Below, piece by piece: positions 1-10,925 of a stretch of 64,000 nt of DNA. How positions within the stretch are numbered: the stretch's first letter is position 1; every line of letters starts with the position of its first letter. Location: contig OY970368.1 in the NCBI GenBank assembly GCA_963718615.1, forward strand, positions 2,784,001 through 2,848,000. The letters are read 5' to 3'. Both the position numbers and the translations under genes were made by a program. The notes under the pieces were generated by a model. It ran no database searches. It saw nothing but the letters and a program-made list of their open reading frames with translations, and was not told the origin of the DNA. Source of the DNA: an uncultured cyanobacterium (GTDB lineage Bacteria; Cyanobacteriota; Cyanobacteriia; PCC-9006; JAAUQQ01).

Positions 1-480
1 GCTAAAGACTGCTTCTAGTAAAGCTTGTCCACTATCTGAGCCAAGCACAGAGGAAGCATCTTCCTCCTCCACCTCTCCTAAAAGACGATACAGTTGATCA
101 AACGGCGAGTAGATTTCCTGCATTAAAAAATCAGGGGTTTCTTCAATACCTTGACGAGCTGTATACAACACACGTTGGAGTGTATCTATAGCCCCCAACA
201 AAAGTTCCTCTATGATCGGCTCAATTGTCTGCGATCGCCGAGCCTTCAGCGATTTAAGACTATTCTCAAGGCGATGGGTCAGCTCACTCAAGGAGGAAAA
301 CCCCATCATTGCAGCCCCACCTTTAATAGAATGGGCCGCTCGTAACCCAGTATTAATACGATCGAGATCTACCCTTCCTCCTGCAATACCTAAAACCGCT
401 TGTTCTAAAGTATTTAGATATTCTTGAGCCTCATCTAAAAATTGTGCCTTAATTTCCTGCTCCCGTTGATCTTGCATCAT
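1..480 (-). CDS. cheA: CheA-like chemotaxis histidine kinase, N-terminal Hpt domain (partial, runs off the window edge)
   Basis: Not in the ORF track. Hand translation from the ATG at 480 gives MMQDQREQEIKAQFLDEAQEYLNTLEQ...LRAAHSIKGGAAMMGF..LTHRLE, the Hpt AHSIKG motif. It starts 5 nt downstream of the MCP stop. Confidence 0.92.
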   Translation of the reverse strand, partial: MMQDQREQEIKAQFLDEAQEYLNTLEQAVLGIAGGRVDLDRINTGLRAAHSIKGGAAMMGFSSLSELTHRLENSLKSLKARRSQTIEPIIEELLLGAIDTLQRVLYTARQGIEETPDFLMQEIYSPFDQLYRLLGEVEEEDASSVLGSDSGQALLEAVFS

Positions 481-485
481 TTTCT

Positions 486-3452
486 TTAGCTCACTTTGAA
501 GGTATTTACAGAAGCTTGAAGTTGTTCAGTAACCTGTACCGTTTGCTGTAGCGAGCTAGAAACCTCTAACGAAGAGGCAGATGTTCGTTGCGCAATTGTA
601 GCTAGCTCCTGCATAAGAGAAGTAATCGAGTGAGAGACCTCCGATTGAGAGACTGTTGCATCAGATATCGACTTCACAAGTTGGTCAATTTGTTGAGAAA
701 TAACCAAAATCTGGCTCAGATTTTGCTTCACATCTTCTACTAAGTAAGTTCCTTCCACAACCTGAGCTGTTCCCAATTCCATTGCTTCAACAACCTCTCC
801 CGTTTCACGCTGAATGACCTCTACCAAATGTTCGATTTCTTGCGTTGCACTAGAGGCCCGAGCGGCTAACTCCCCAACTTCTTCCGCAACAGCCGCAAAT
901 CCCTGCCCTTGTTCTCCAGCTCTAGCAGCTTCAATACCGGCATTAATGGCTAGTAGGTTGGTCTGGATAGAAATCTGATTAATCAGATAAACAATCTTAG
1001 TAATTTGTTGTGAAGATTCACCCAAACGCTTTACTTTTTTTGCCGTTTCTCCAATTGTTTCCCTTAAGGTCAGAATATTATCTACCGTACGATCCATGGC
1101 AATGCCACCTGCCTCCGCCGTAGAAGCTGCGACTTGAGTCACTTCAGCAGCTTGTCCAGCATTTTGAGCCACTAGCTGGATAGAACGAGTCATGTTTTCA
1201 ATGGATTGAAAAGCTGTTGAAATTTCATCCGATTGGCGCAGCGCTTCTTCAGCAAGATGCCGAATTTCGCGATCATTTTCACCGACTGAATGGTTGACTT
1301 GCAATACAGATGCTTTGACTTGAGTCACAATCTGTCTAAGGTTTTCTATAATTGAATTAAAGAAATCTGCTACCGTTCCGATTTCGCCAGCCGTAACATC
1401 AGCGCGAACCGTTAAATCTCCATCAGCGGCACTTTCAATATTTGAAAGTAGTTCAATCAACTGTCTCTGGAGTGACTCCTTTTGGTGGCGCTGCTCGTCA
1501 GACATTAAATTAGCCGACTGAATAGCCTTTTCACGCTGCTGAAAAAGTTGACATTCTTGAATCGCATATCCTAGTTGAATAGCGACTTGTTGAACAAAAG
1601 AAGTTTCAGAGGATTGCCACAGGCGAGGTTGACTACACTGATGAACACAGAGTAAACCATTTAGATGGTTGTCAACTAAGACAGGAACGACGAGATTAGC
1701 ACGAATTTGAAAACGTTCAAGCTCTTCTCGATAACAAGACTCTATCTCCGAATTTTCTAAATCGCTAATTAGATGAACTCTCCCTTTTTCGTAGAGATCA
1801 ATATACCGTTCTGCAAAACAAATGTCTGTAATTGATTCTCCTAAAATGGAGTTAAATCCTGGCAAAGCCGACTCAGCTTCTACTTTACCTTGCCCTAGTT
1901 CATCCAGGGAGTATAGAATTACACGATCTGCTTCTAAAGTTTGTCGAATGCTACGAACTGCGGCATTTGAAGCAAATTGAACTTCAAAAGTTTCTCGCAT
2001 TTGTGTGGTTACTTCGTTCAATTGCTGAGCACTACGAGCTTGAAACTTTTGCCGTCTTGCTTCGGAGGCCAAGCTTGCCTCTGACTCTACAATATTATCT
2101 GCCATTTGATTAAACGTCAGTCCCAACTGACCAATCTCATCAAACGCAGAGATCTCGGCTCGTCGATTACGATTTCCCTCGGCAAAATCCTGTGTTGCGT
2201 TTTCTAGTTCCAGAATCGGATTGAGGACCGTGCGTCGAAAGAGAAAGGTCCAAAATGAAATGAGCCCTGCAGACAAAAATAAAACACTGATTTCTTGCAA
2301 AAGGCTCCGATGCAAAATAGCATTTAACACAGTTTCGGGTGTTCCCCGGACAAGAATTGCACTGGGATTGTCATAGACCAGACGTTTTCCCTGGGGAAGC
2401 TCTAGAATTTGTGAAGCCTCTGCTTTGGCCGCCATGGTGTATGTGCGATCGCCAATCTTAACCCGACGCGTTACAACGTCTCCCTGTCGCTCAACCGCCG
2501 CTTCTAAAAGCTGATTGGAAGGGAGAGAAAGACCTGATTCTAAAGCCGTCAATACAGCACCTCTATCCCGTTGTAAAGAAGATGTTAACTCATACTCTCC
2601 ATTGATCTGGCGTTGATAAACTGCACTATACCCACCATCAAATTCGTCAAGCGTTCGTTGGGCAATCACAGGCTTTCCATTAACAATATCTCCAAATACC
2701 AAAATGCCAATGACGCTTGTTTTCTCGGTTGGGTCATAGATGGGGGTAACGACATATCGAATCAGTGCATCTTGATTAGCAAAGCCAGATGGAAGAGAAG
2801 GCTTTTCCCTTTCTAGCTCTGACCAAGGCACAGTTTTGCTAGCTTTGATTTGAATACCCTGTTCTAAAACATTAGAGACTAGTTTGTGGGGATCAAACAA
2901 CTCACCTTGGCGATCGCGATTAGAGTTTGCGATAATTCTCAAGTCGCTCCCGACTAGAGTCGCATATTCAATATCTCTAGCCTTAGTTTCATTGCGAAGA
3001 ATTGTTTTAACCTGATCGGCTAATGTAGGGTTGATGTCTGCTTGCAGATTATGATCGAGCGCGGCTTGAATTAATGCAGAGTTATCGGATTGCCCCCGCG
3101 AACCGAACCCCATCTGGTCTATTTTAATATTGTACTGAATACCAGTGACTGCGACCTCTGATTTCGCCTGCTCCAGTAGCTGCTGCCGCAAACCTTGGGT
3201 AATAATTAACGTTGCGCCAACGCCAAGACCTAAGATAGGAACAAGCTCACAAATGATTAACGCTAAAAGTTGTTTACGACCAATGGGTAGATTACGAAAC
3301 CAACGTTCTAGTTGTGATGGCTCACGTTTTACCTTAACCGTTCTTGTTTTCCCAAGAATCGGTTTCCCTCGCCAAATCATTGATTCTGTCTTTGCGGGAC
3401 GGGAAGCTTCGTGTGAAGCATTAGCAAGGCTAATAGACTCAGTCATAATCAA
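486..3452 (-). CDS. Methyl-accepting chemotaxis protein with periplasmic sensor domain, HAMP and DXCF cyanobacteriochrome GAF (PixJ-like photoreceptor)
   Basis: Two TM helices flank a ~300 aa periplasmic region. HAMP ([14 protein letters not shown]), then a GAF with DICF and the canonical Cys ([19 protein letters not shown]). MCP signalling motif [30 protein letters not shown]. Confidence 0.93.
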   Translation of the reverse strand: MIMTESISLANASHEASRPAKTESMIWRGKPILGKTRTVKVKREPSQLERWFRNLPIGRKQLLALIICELVPILGLGVGATLIITQGLRQQLLEQAKSEVAVTGIQYNIKIDQMGFGSRGQSDNSALIQAALDHNLQADINPTLADQVKTILRNETKARDIEYATLVGSDLRIIANSNRDRQGELFDPHKLVSNVLEQGIQIKASKTVPWSELEREKPSLPSGFANQDALIRYVVTPIYDPTEKTSVIGILVFGDIVNGKPVIAQRTLDEFDGGYSAVYQRQINGEYELTSSLQRDRGAVLTALESGLSLPSNQLLEAAVERQGDVVTRRVKIGDRTYTMAAKAEASQILELPQGKRLVYDNPSAILVRGTPETVLNAILHRSLLQEISVLFLSAGLISFWTFLFRRTVLNPILELENATQDFAEGNRNRRAEISAFDEIGQLGLTFNQMADNIVESEASLASEARRQKFQARSAQQLNEVTTQMRETFEVQFASNAAVRSIRQTLEADRVILYSLDELGQGKVEAESALPGFNSILGESITDICFAERYIDLYEKGRVHLISDLENSEIESCYREELERFQIRANLVVPVLVDNHLNGLLCVHQCSQPRLWQSSETSFVQQVAIQLGYAIQECQLFQQREKAIQSANLMSDEQRHQKESLQRQLIELLSNIESAADGDLTVRADVTAGEIGTVADFFNSIIENLRQIVTQVKASVLQVNHSVGENDREIRHLAEEALRQSDEISTAFQSIENMTRSIQLVAQNAGQAAEVTQVAASTAEAGGIAMDRTVDNILTLRETIGETAKKVKRLGESSQQITKIVYLINQISIQTNLLAINAGIEAARAGEQGQGFAAVAEEVGELAARASSATQEIEHLVEVIQRETGEVVEAMELGTAQVVEGTYLVEDVKQNLSQILVISQQIDQLVKSISDATVSQSEVSHSITSLMQELATIAQRTSASSLEVSSSLQQTVQVTEQLQASVNTFKVS

Positions 3453-3471
3453 AGATTACCAAAACGAAACA

Positions 3472-3981
3472 TTAACTCGAGATACAGCAACAAAGGGTCG
3501 GTGCTTGTAATATCTTTTGGATATCCAAAATCAAAAGTTCTTGAGAATCCCTTTTAAGAGAACCTAGAACATAGTGCAGAAACTGAGACGGAGATTGTTG
3601 GCTAGGCGGTTGGACATGGGACGGATCGAGCCAGAACATATTGTTAATCTGACTGACAGCTAATCCTATCCATACGGATTCCTGTTGTATTACGACGACA
3701 TTGCAGTGAGAGGACTTCATTGTTAATCGAGAAACACCTAACAGAAGTCCTAAATCCAATAATCCTAAAACTCGATTTCCTCGATTCATTAAACCCAGAA
3801 AATGGCTAGGCATATTGGGAATTGGACTGAGACGATGCATCGGCAAGGATAAAACCTCCTGAACTTTGCTCATCGGAATTAAAGCAGGTTTATCGGTGGA
3901 TATTTGTAATCGTAAATAGGGTTTTCCAAGGTTCTTCTGTACGTGATTTTTTACAATCGGGAATGAGACTTGATCCATCAC
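3472..3981 (-). CDS. cheW: CheW adaptor protein
   Basis: PIPNMPSHFLGLMNRGNRVLGLLDL CheW motif; lies between CheY and the MCP. Confidence 0.9.
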   Translation of the reverse strand: MMDQVSFPIVKNHVQKNLGKPYLRLQISTDKPALIPMSKVQEVLSLPMHRLSPIPNMPSHFLGLMNRGNRVLGLLDLGLLLGVSRLTMKSSHCNVVVIQQESVWIGLAVSQINNMFWLDPSHVQPPSQQSPSQFLHYVLGSLKRDSQELLILDIQKILQAPTLCCCISS

Positions 3982-3988
3982 ACTGCAC

Positions 3989-4378
3989 CTAGAAAGTTAG
4001 CAGAACAGATTGAATTGATCGAAGCAAATCTTCACGTGTAAATGGCTTAATTAAATAAGCACTCGCCCCTTGTTTCATAGCCCAGAGCTTGTCAATCTCT
4101 TGGTTTTTAGAGGAACATATAACGACGGGAATTTTGGCGGTGTTAATATCCTTTTTTAGATTTCGACAAAGCTCAAATCCACTCATCTCTGGCATCACTA
4201 CATCGGTAATGATTAAATCAGGTTTATTTGATATTAGCATTGCCATTGCTTGCCTCGCACACATCGCATTAACCACCGCAAAGCCACCCTCACGAAGATA
4301 GTGACTAATTAGCTCCATTTCTGATAGCGTATCTTCTACAACAAGAATTGTTATTTTCTTGACAGTGGTATTCATCAT
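3989..4378 (-). CDS. cheY: CheY-like single-domain response regulator (PixH/PilH-like)
   Basis: LVVED, ITDVVMPEMSG (phosphoacceptor Asp) and YLIKPF; operon context. Confidence 0.92.
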   Translation of the reverse strand: MMNTTVKKITILVVEDTLSEMELISHYLREGGFAVVNAMCARQAMAMLISNKPDLIITDVVMPEMSGFELCRNLKKDINTAKIPVVICSSKNQEIDKLWAMKQGASAYLIKPFTREDLLRSIQSVLLTF

Positions 4379-4417
4379 TAAGACAGGAGTGAAAGTTTCA
4401 GGAATAAGGGTATAAGA

Positions 4418-5476
4418 TTAGCTTTCCGAACCTGGAAGATTACGAAATACAATTTTCATCAAGTCAGAGCGTGTAAAAGGTTTTGTCAAGTAGCCAGAAG
4501 AACCCACTAGTTTTGCTCTTGCCCTATCTAGAAAACCTGTATTTCCCGTTACCATCAAAATAGGTGTCGACTTAAATCTTGGATGACGTCTTAGTAAAGA
4601 GCATAGTTCATATCCATCTAAGTTAGGCATCTCCACATCAAGAAGTACAAGATCGGGCTGATACCGCATAACCTGCATCAGCGCTCTCACTGGATCGTTA
4701 ATCATAAATACGGAAAAACTAGAATCATCAAGATAGCTATTAATAAGCTTTAGAATAGTTGGGCTATCGTCCACACAAACGATTCTATACTGAGTTTTAT
4801 CGTTGTCCTTTCTAAGTAAGCTTTTATGAGTAGATACCAGCGCAGAGCTAACTTCTGAGCTTTGCTCTAGAGGTTGACTAACCGACGGAAACGAGACAAG
4901 CGAAGAACGAGATTCTCCCAATAATGGACGTTGAGCAAAGGCCTTTGTTCGTTCATTTTGTGCTTCACAGTCAGCAATTAGCTGTCTCAGATCTAACCGG
5001 CAGACACTAAACCATCCTTCTAGCTCAGATCGATCGATTACATCATAGTTACCGGTTGTCACCGACAGCAATGAACTTAAAACTTCTTGAGCTAAGCTAC
5101 GAATTAAAGCTGCGGCTTGACTGGGTGCAAGATACTGTTGATCAACAAGCCATTGGATAGCCTGGTAGTCTGGGCTCAGCTTTGCATAGCTGGCCTGTCG
5201 AGTTTCAAACAGCAGTCGCACCTGCACCCGCACAGCGCTGACAAGAGATGGGACAGAACGGCTCAAGTTGCGAAGATGCCGATCCAAACGTTCAAAGGCA
5301 TGGCTTGCTGTCGAAGCATAGACTAAGTCGCCTTGTTCTAGATAAAGTCGCCAAGACTCTGCGCCACTGTATACCGCCAAACAACCGCTTTGTTTCTGAG
5401 CTGTAATTTGAGCTAATAGAGTTAAAGGATGAAGACTCAAAAAAGAAGACTCATCCGCAACGTAAAGACGATCCAT
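4418..5476 (-). CDS. PatA-family response regulator (PATAN + REC; PixG-like)
   Basis: N-terminal PATAN-like region (WRLYLEQGDLVYAS), C-terminal REC (CVDDS, LLDVEMPNLDG, LTKPF). The ATG at 5476 with an upstream GGAG is preferred over the TTG at 5548. Confidence 0.9.
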   Translation of the reverse strand: MDRLYVADESSFLSLHPLTLLAQITAQKQSGCLAVYSGAESWRLYLEQGDLVYASTASHAFERLDRHLRNLSRSVPSLVSAVRVQVRLLFETRQASYAKLSPDYQAIQWLVDQQYLAPSQAAALIRSLAQEVLSSLLSVTTGNYDVIDRSELEGWFSVCRLDLRQLIADCEAQNERTKAFAQRPLLGESRSSLVSFPSVSQPLEQSSEVSSALVSTHKSLLRKDNDKTQYRIVCVDDSPTILKLINSYLDDSSFSVFMINDPVRALMQVMRYQPDLVLLDVEMPNLDGYELCSLLRRHPRFKSTPILMVTGNTGFLDRARAKLVGSSGYLTKPFTRSDLMKIVFRNLPGSES

Positions 5477-5804
5477 CTCTGTTTTCTCCACGTATGCTAT
5501 GCAACCAAAGTTGTTTAGTGAGATCGACCTGCATCCTAAAAAAAACAAGATGCAGAGAACTCAAAGTATTTACAAGGTGTGTAAGATTTACTTAACGCAG
5601 AGCTTTTAATGACTTTTGTCAATTCTTTTGCGCGTCTACCTTTTCTCGATCATAGCATGAAAGATGGTTAGAAATAGAATTCAAGCACTCCTAAAGTTTG
5701 AAAGATCAAATGAATTTGAGCCTGACGATAAAGAGGTCAATTATGTTATGTCTGAAATGCATCTTTACTCCATTTTTTAATGTGTTTTTTGCAAAAATGC
5801 TCTT

Positions 5805-8387
5805 TTAATACAGATCAAGAAGCTGCTTGATTTTATTTTTTTGCTGTTCTTCCAAAGCGTGTGGAAACTGTAGCTCTAAAATCATGCGATCGAAATTATC
5901 TGACAAAAATTCAGTAGTCTCGACTTGAGCTACAATGCTCAACGGCAATGCTTCTGGGTGCGAGAACACTAACAAGCCTAGAGTCGGTCTTAGGATTTCT
6001 AGATCACTCATCGACTCAAAATCATTACAGGCCAGCTCTACGCGCAAATCCCGTGAGCCCAGTTCTGTAATATATCCAATTTGAGTTTCATTTCCCCACC
6101 CTTCCCAATAGACCTGGGTAATTGCTTTGCCTCGCTTTCGGACTTTGACTCCGATCTCGGGCTTGAATTTCTGGAATACACGTTTAATGCTGGTTGCAAT
6201 AAATCGCAAAGAGACCATGGGAATGTCTTTTTCAATACGTTTCTGGGAATACCATTCTCGGATATCCGAATAGAGCACGACTGTTAGATCATCCTGCTGG
6301 GATCGAGTCAGTTCCTGAAAATCAAATGCAAACAGTGCGTGGAGTTGGCGGGTTGCAACGGCACGAACGACACGAGCCTTGACTAAGGCTTTCGCTCCAT
6401 AATCACCGGTTAGCTCAATTCGTACTTCATCGGCAATATTGGGCCATTCTGGTAGTAAAATCTGAACTCCTGTTTCGCTAGCATCCGTCGTTTGACCAGT
6501 CCAGCTCTCGCCTTCACTATGAATGACTACAGTGAGTTTATGTTGTAGACGATGCGATCGCCGCAGCTGAGGTTGCTCAAAGGCGACTAAACAAGCGGCC
6601 ATCACCAACACTAAATTGAATAAACACCAAACTGCATTAATTAAAACAGCTTGGATATCCTCTGGACTCCAAATGAGCCATAGGGGAACGGCTAAAAGTG
6701 AAGCACTGGCAATGATCCCCAAAACGACGAGATAGCGAATACTATCCACATCAAAGCTTCGCTGGGTTACCGTAAGTCCTTTATCCGTGACATTAAAAGA
6801 GCCAAGTTTTGGATTGGCGAGGGCGAGTAAGGTTACGATACCCGCTTGGAAAGACATGGCAAATTCGTAGATCTCATTCCAAAAGGAGAACCGTACATGT
6901 TTGTAGGGAATGTGGTTTGTCTGCATTGACAAGATCACATAGGGTAAAGCGTAAAAAAGTGTTTCTATTCCCAATCCCTTAACGGAGTTAATGCCCAAGA
7001 GCAAATAAAGCGTTGGTGCAATTAAATACATCAATCGGGGAAATCCAAAGAAAAAGTGAGATGTGGCACTAAAGTAGCAAATTCGTTGTGGGATCGTCAG
7101 ACCCAGCTTGCGGTTAAAGAGCGGATTTTCCAGACGCAAAATTTGAGCCATTCCCCGAGCCCAGCGCACCTGCTGTCCCACATAGGCTGAAAACTTTTCC
7201 GGTGCAAGACCTGCAACCATAATTTTGTCATAGTAAACCGTTTCATAGCCTCGCGAATGGAGTCGTAGTGCCGTATGACAATCCTCTGTAACAGTCTCCG
7301 TTGCAATTCCACCCACTTCCAGGAGGTAATCGCGCCGAATGATGGCAGCAGAGCCACAAAAAAACGTTGCATTCCAAGTGTCGTTGCCTTTTTGCAGCAC
7401 TTTATAAAACAGCTCGTTCCCGACTGGAATTCGTCCACGGGTTAAAAGATTTCGCTCAAAGGGATCTGGATTATAAAACCAGTGGGGCGTCTGAACGAGG
7501 GCAACCTTGGGATTTTGAAAAAAGCCTACGGTCTCCTTTAAAACATTACAAGTTGGAATATGGTCACAATCAAGAATTAACACGAGTTCGCCTTGGGTAC
7601 GAGGCAGTGCAGTGTTAATATTTCCAGCTTTAGCATGTTCGTTGCTGTCCCTTGTCAATAAACGACAGCCTAGCTCCTCACACATTTGTGCCAAGCTGAG
7701 ACGCCGCATTTGATATTTTTCTGCTCGACCGTCATCCAAGATATAGACTTTTTTATGGGGATAGTGGATGGCTAAGGCTGCGATCGCGGTCTTCCTCACA
7801 ATCTCCACATCTTCGTTATAGGTCGGAATATAGATATCAACACTGGGCCATTCCTCTAGGGGGATCGCCTGGATATCGGGCGATCGCCGCTCGCGAATCC
7901 GCAACGTTTGAAAATAGGCTAAGAAGAGGGTGGCGATCGCATAAAGCTCGGCGATGTAGAGCAGCAGCGAAAAAAAGCCATTGAGCCATCCTTCAAAATT
8001 CAAGGTATAAAACGTTCGATAATACCAATAGCGCAGTGTTGTTAAGGAGCTAAAGACAATTAACAGCAAATGAAGTCGCTCACTAACCCGATGATTTTGT
8101 TGATGACTCTCTAGATACACCAAGAGTGCGCCTAAGCTCACCATCATGGCGGCAATAACGGCCTGTTGTGTTGGGCTAGGTCGAAAGGTGATTAGGGGAA
8201 TACAGTTCCAGACCAATAAGAGGATGAGAATTAAGAGTTTGCGTTGTCCAAGCCAGCCAAAGCCTTGGTCAAACAGTTGCGGTAGGGTTTCAGTGAGCCA
8301 GGGCGTGAGGTTTAATTTTGGATTTAATCGCGGTAGTCTGTGTTTATAACGACGCAACTGCCGATGGACAAGGGTAAAAAAGGTCAT
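5805..8387 (-). CDS. bcsA: Cellulose synthase catalytic subunit (GT2) with PilZ domain
   Basis: PTYNE, DDG, HAKAGN, DCD, QTPH, FFCGS, TED, QVRW, the FNVTDKG gating loop, and PilZ motifs RRSHR and DASETG. Confidence 0.93.
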   Translation of the reverse strand: MTFFTLVHRQLRRYKHRLPRLNPKLNLTPWLTETLPQLFDQGFGWLGQRKLLILILLLVWNCIPLITFRPSPTQQAVIAAMMVSLGALLVYLESHQQNHRVSERLHLLLIVFSSLTTLRYWYYRTFYTLNFEGWLNGFFSLLLYIAELYAIATLFLAYFQTLRIRERRSPDIQAIPLEEWPSVDIYIPTYNEDVEIVRKTAIAALAIHYPHKKVYILDDGRAEKYQMRRLSLAQMCEELGCRLLTRDSNEHAKAGNINTALPRTQGELVLILDCDHIPTCNVLKETVGFFQNPKVALVQTPHWFYNPDPFERNLLTRGRIPVGNELFYKVLQKGNDTWNATFFCGSAAIIRRDYLLEVGGIATETVTEDCHTALRLHSRGYETVYYDKIMVAGLAPEKFSAYVGQQVRWARGMAQILRLENPLFNRKLGLTIPQRICYFSATSHFFFGFPRLMYLIAPTLYLLLGINSVKGLGIETLFYALPYVILSMQTNHIPYKHVRFSFWNEIYEFAMSFQAGIVTLLALANPKLGSFNVTDKGLTVTQRSFDVDSIRYLVVLGIIASASLLAVPLWLIWSPEDIQAVLINAVWCLFNLVLVMAACLVAFEQPQLRRSHRLQHKLTVVIHSEGESWTGQTTDASETGVQILLPEWPNIADEVRIELTGDYGAKALVKARVVRAVATRQLHALFAFDFQELTRSQQDDLTVVLYSDIREWYSQKRIEKDIPMVSLRFIATSIKRVFQKFKPEIGVKVRKRGKAITQVYWEGWGNETQIGYITELGSRDLRVELACNDFESMSDLEILRPTLGLLVFSHPEALPLSIVAQVETTEFLSDNFDRMILELQFPHALEEQQKNKIKQLLDLY

Positions 8388-10855
8388 GACTGCTCCTCCG
8401 CATCGCCCATGGGAGCCGATAAGGGGCGAGGATCGGGCAAAGGCTCACCGTCAGGTGGCGTTACTCGACCCAGATAGGTTTGCAACAAACCGTAGCCAAA
8501 GGCTCCCGCCAGGAAAAACCCTGGAATGACAAACACCCAACGTCCGGCCATTGCTCGCCAAATCCGTTCTTTTTTAGGAACTTCGCTAATGCGTTTTGTT
8601 TCAGGAGCACGAGTCAGAAATTCCAGACTATAGTCACGGGGATCGTAGGGAGAGGGGGAATCAACCCGAGTGCCGATCAAGGCTGTATCCTGTTGAAGTT
8701 GAAAAAACAGTCCGTCTCGGCTGATCACGTCACGTACTAAATGGAGTCCAGGTAAGGTCTGGGCGCTTAGCATTAAGAGGACATGCTCTGGATTCCAAGG
8801 CGATAGAATCTCACGAATCATGCCCTCCTGATCGGGTAATGTGCGAATTTGGCTCTCGTTTCGGCGACGACCCCAAAATTTCATTAGGCTAAATCCCTCC
8901 GTTTCTAGGGCTTCGGGGAGGGGGAAACGAGCCTGGGTACCAATGGCAATGAGGTGATGATCAGTCTGGATTTCTGGGGATAACAATTCCTTGCGATAGA
9001 CCTTCAGTTGAACAGACTCCGCACGACTCAATCGACCCAATCGCTCAGCGACTTCCAACAGCAATAGGATTTCTTCATCTTCGGGTTTATCAGGGACAAT
9101 CACAGCAGTTTTGGATAAATCCTGGGGGGCAGCAAAGGGATAGCCCACCTGAAAACGCCGCAAATCGGGTAAATCAACACCAGCCTCACGATGGAGATCA
9201 AATTGGCTATCCGCGTGGATCGTGCCCCACAATTGCTGATCTACCGCTCGATTGCAAGAGCGACGTTCGCGGGGATCAAGTTGAAACAGCACCTGAAGCT
9301 TCGCGTTTGAATGCAATTTATCTTCCGGTAGCTCCACTTTAAGCCGCTCCCCCCGACGTCCTTGGGCAGAATCCAGCCGTTGCCCGATCAATGGCAGACC
9401 ATCCAGCCGCACCTCCAATAAAGAGGTTAAGGGATTGACTTGAGGACCATAGCTGTAGTCAAGATAAAGCACATTGCCCGGTAAAAAGCGATCGTCCGGC
9501 AACGCTCGAAAGTTGTATTCCACCAAAGGCGCTTCTGCTCCCCGCACCGTGACATCTTGATAGGGACGATCGAGAAAGTCATTCAGATCCTTGAGTTCAA
9601 ATTGATTGCGATCGGGCACATATCCCGGCCACTGGCGAGACTCAGGGGTAGGAATCGGAGTTACACTATCGACTAAAATAGTTTGTCCGGTGGCGATCGC
9701 GCGATCGCGATCCTGCACCAAAAACTGAACCGCTTTCTCAACCCCAGCTTTGGCCTGTCCGGTGGCAATCAATACAGGGATATCCGTGACAGTTGTCCCC
9801 ATCATCAAGAGACCTTGGTTACTTCCCAGGCTTCTGCCTTGCTCATCCTTAAGCGCTTTTCCTGGTTGGATCAATAGGGGCAGTTTGAGTTTTGAAAAGT
9901 CTGAATATTGTTTAGATTCACCCAGAATAATCAACCGTTCAGCGGGCTTGAGCTCGTCTACGGAACGCACCAGCCGCGTTTCCAACGGACGGTAGCGGGC
10001 CATTCTGCCGAGACTCGCCTGGAGTCGAGCCACAGCGGTTAACCAGGTTTCATCAATAGTTTTAGGAACCAGATAGGCAATTTGGTTGGGATCTAAACTG
10101 AGTTCATCGAAAAAGGGATAGGGATAGCGGCTGAAATCCAGGGCTAGGGGTTGGGGTGCAAAACTAAAGACTAACTTTGAATCGGGCATGACCTCCGTCC
10201 ACAGAGATGGGTCAAAGGGATCCTGGGTACAAGTCGGTGAATTGTTTTGTAAGGCCGCAATCACGACTTCGTTATAGTCCTGTAAAAGATGGGTCGGAAC
10301 GTTATAAATGGCCGTATGAATTTCGTTTTCCCGGTTATTGAGGGGAACACTACCGACGCTGGTGCCATTGATTAAAACCGTGAGGTTAGAACGGGTGGCA
10401 TAGAGAGCAGGGGAATGGCGAAATCGAACCAGAACTTTGGCCGTTTTGACTGACCAGTTACGAGGTCGAGTAAACCGCAGACGGGACTCGTCGTAGATAC
10501 TGCGGAGTTGTAGACGTGTCCCAACAATGGGGCTGCGATTAAATTCAAGAATATATTCCCCTGCGGAGAGCGACTGGGGCGGGGCAACCTGGGGAGGCAG
10601 TGGCGGTAAATCTGGCACCGTAGTGCTTTCCGAAGATCTAGAATCTGCGGGTCGTAAAGCCGCATTGGGAGGCGCATCCAGGGGCGAGGGGACGGCAGTG
10701 TTGGGAGCAGTGTTGGAGGTTTCTTGGGCAAGGCCGGATGGGGTAAGGGTTGCGATCGCTAAGCCACAGGCAAGGAGCACAGGTCGCCAACCCATAGCTC
10801 GCCAACTCAGAGCTCGCCAATTAGGCGTAAGGGGATATATCAGTTTGAATCTCAC
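8384..10855 (-). CDS. bcsB: Cellulose synthase co-subunit BcsB-like periplasmic protein
   Basis: Signal peptide, S-L-V-ING-V/PL beta-sandwich repeats, PYPF/GYPF motifs and a C-terminal TM anchor. ATGA overlap with bcsA. Confidence 0.85.
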   Translation of the reverse strand: MRFKLIYPLTPNWRALSWRAMGWRPVLLACGLAIATLTPSGLAQETSNTAPNTAVPSPLDAPPNAALRPADSRSSESTTVPDLPPLPPQVAPPQSLSAGEYILEFNRSPIVGTRLQLRSIYDESRLRFTRPRNWSVKTAKVLVRFRHSPALYATRSNLTVLINGTSVGSVPLNNRENEIHTAIYNVPTHLLQDYNEVVIAALQNNSPTCTQDPFDPSLWTEVMPDSKLVFSFAPQPLALDFSRYPYPFFDELSLDPNQIAYLVPKTIDETWLTAVARLQASLGRMARYRPLETRLVRSVDELKPAERLIILGESKQYSDFSKLKLPLLIQPGKALKDEQGRSLGSNQGLLMMGTTVTDIPVLIATGQAKAGVEKAVQFLVQDRDRAIATGQTILVDSVTPIPTPESRQWPGYVPDRNQFELKDLNDFLDRPYQDVTVRGAEAPLVEYNFRALPDDRFLPGNVLYLDYSYGPQVNPLTSLLEVRLDGLPLIGQRLDSAQGRRGERLKVELPEDKLHSNAKLQVLFQLDPRERRSCNRAVDQQLWGTIHADSQFDLHREAGVDLPDLRRFQVGYPFAAPQDLSKTAVIVPDKPEDEEILLLLEVAERLGRLSRAESVQLKVYRKELLSPEIQTDHHLIAIGTQARFPLPEALETEGFSLMKFWGRRRNESQIRTLPDQEGMIREILSPWNPEHVLLMLSAQTLPGLHLVRDVISRDGLFFQLQQDTALIGTRVDSPSPYDPRDYSLEFLTRAPETKRISEVPKKERIWRAMAGRWVFVIPGFFLAGAFGYGLLQTYLGRVTPPDGEPLPDPRPLSAPMGDAEEQS

Positions 10856-10925
10856 TGAAGCACCACGAATAAACTTGTAAATCTATCGAAGTCAATCTAT
10901 CGAACGCAATTCAGCTCAATTCAGC

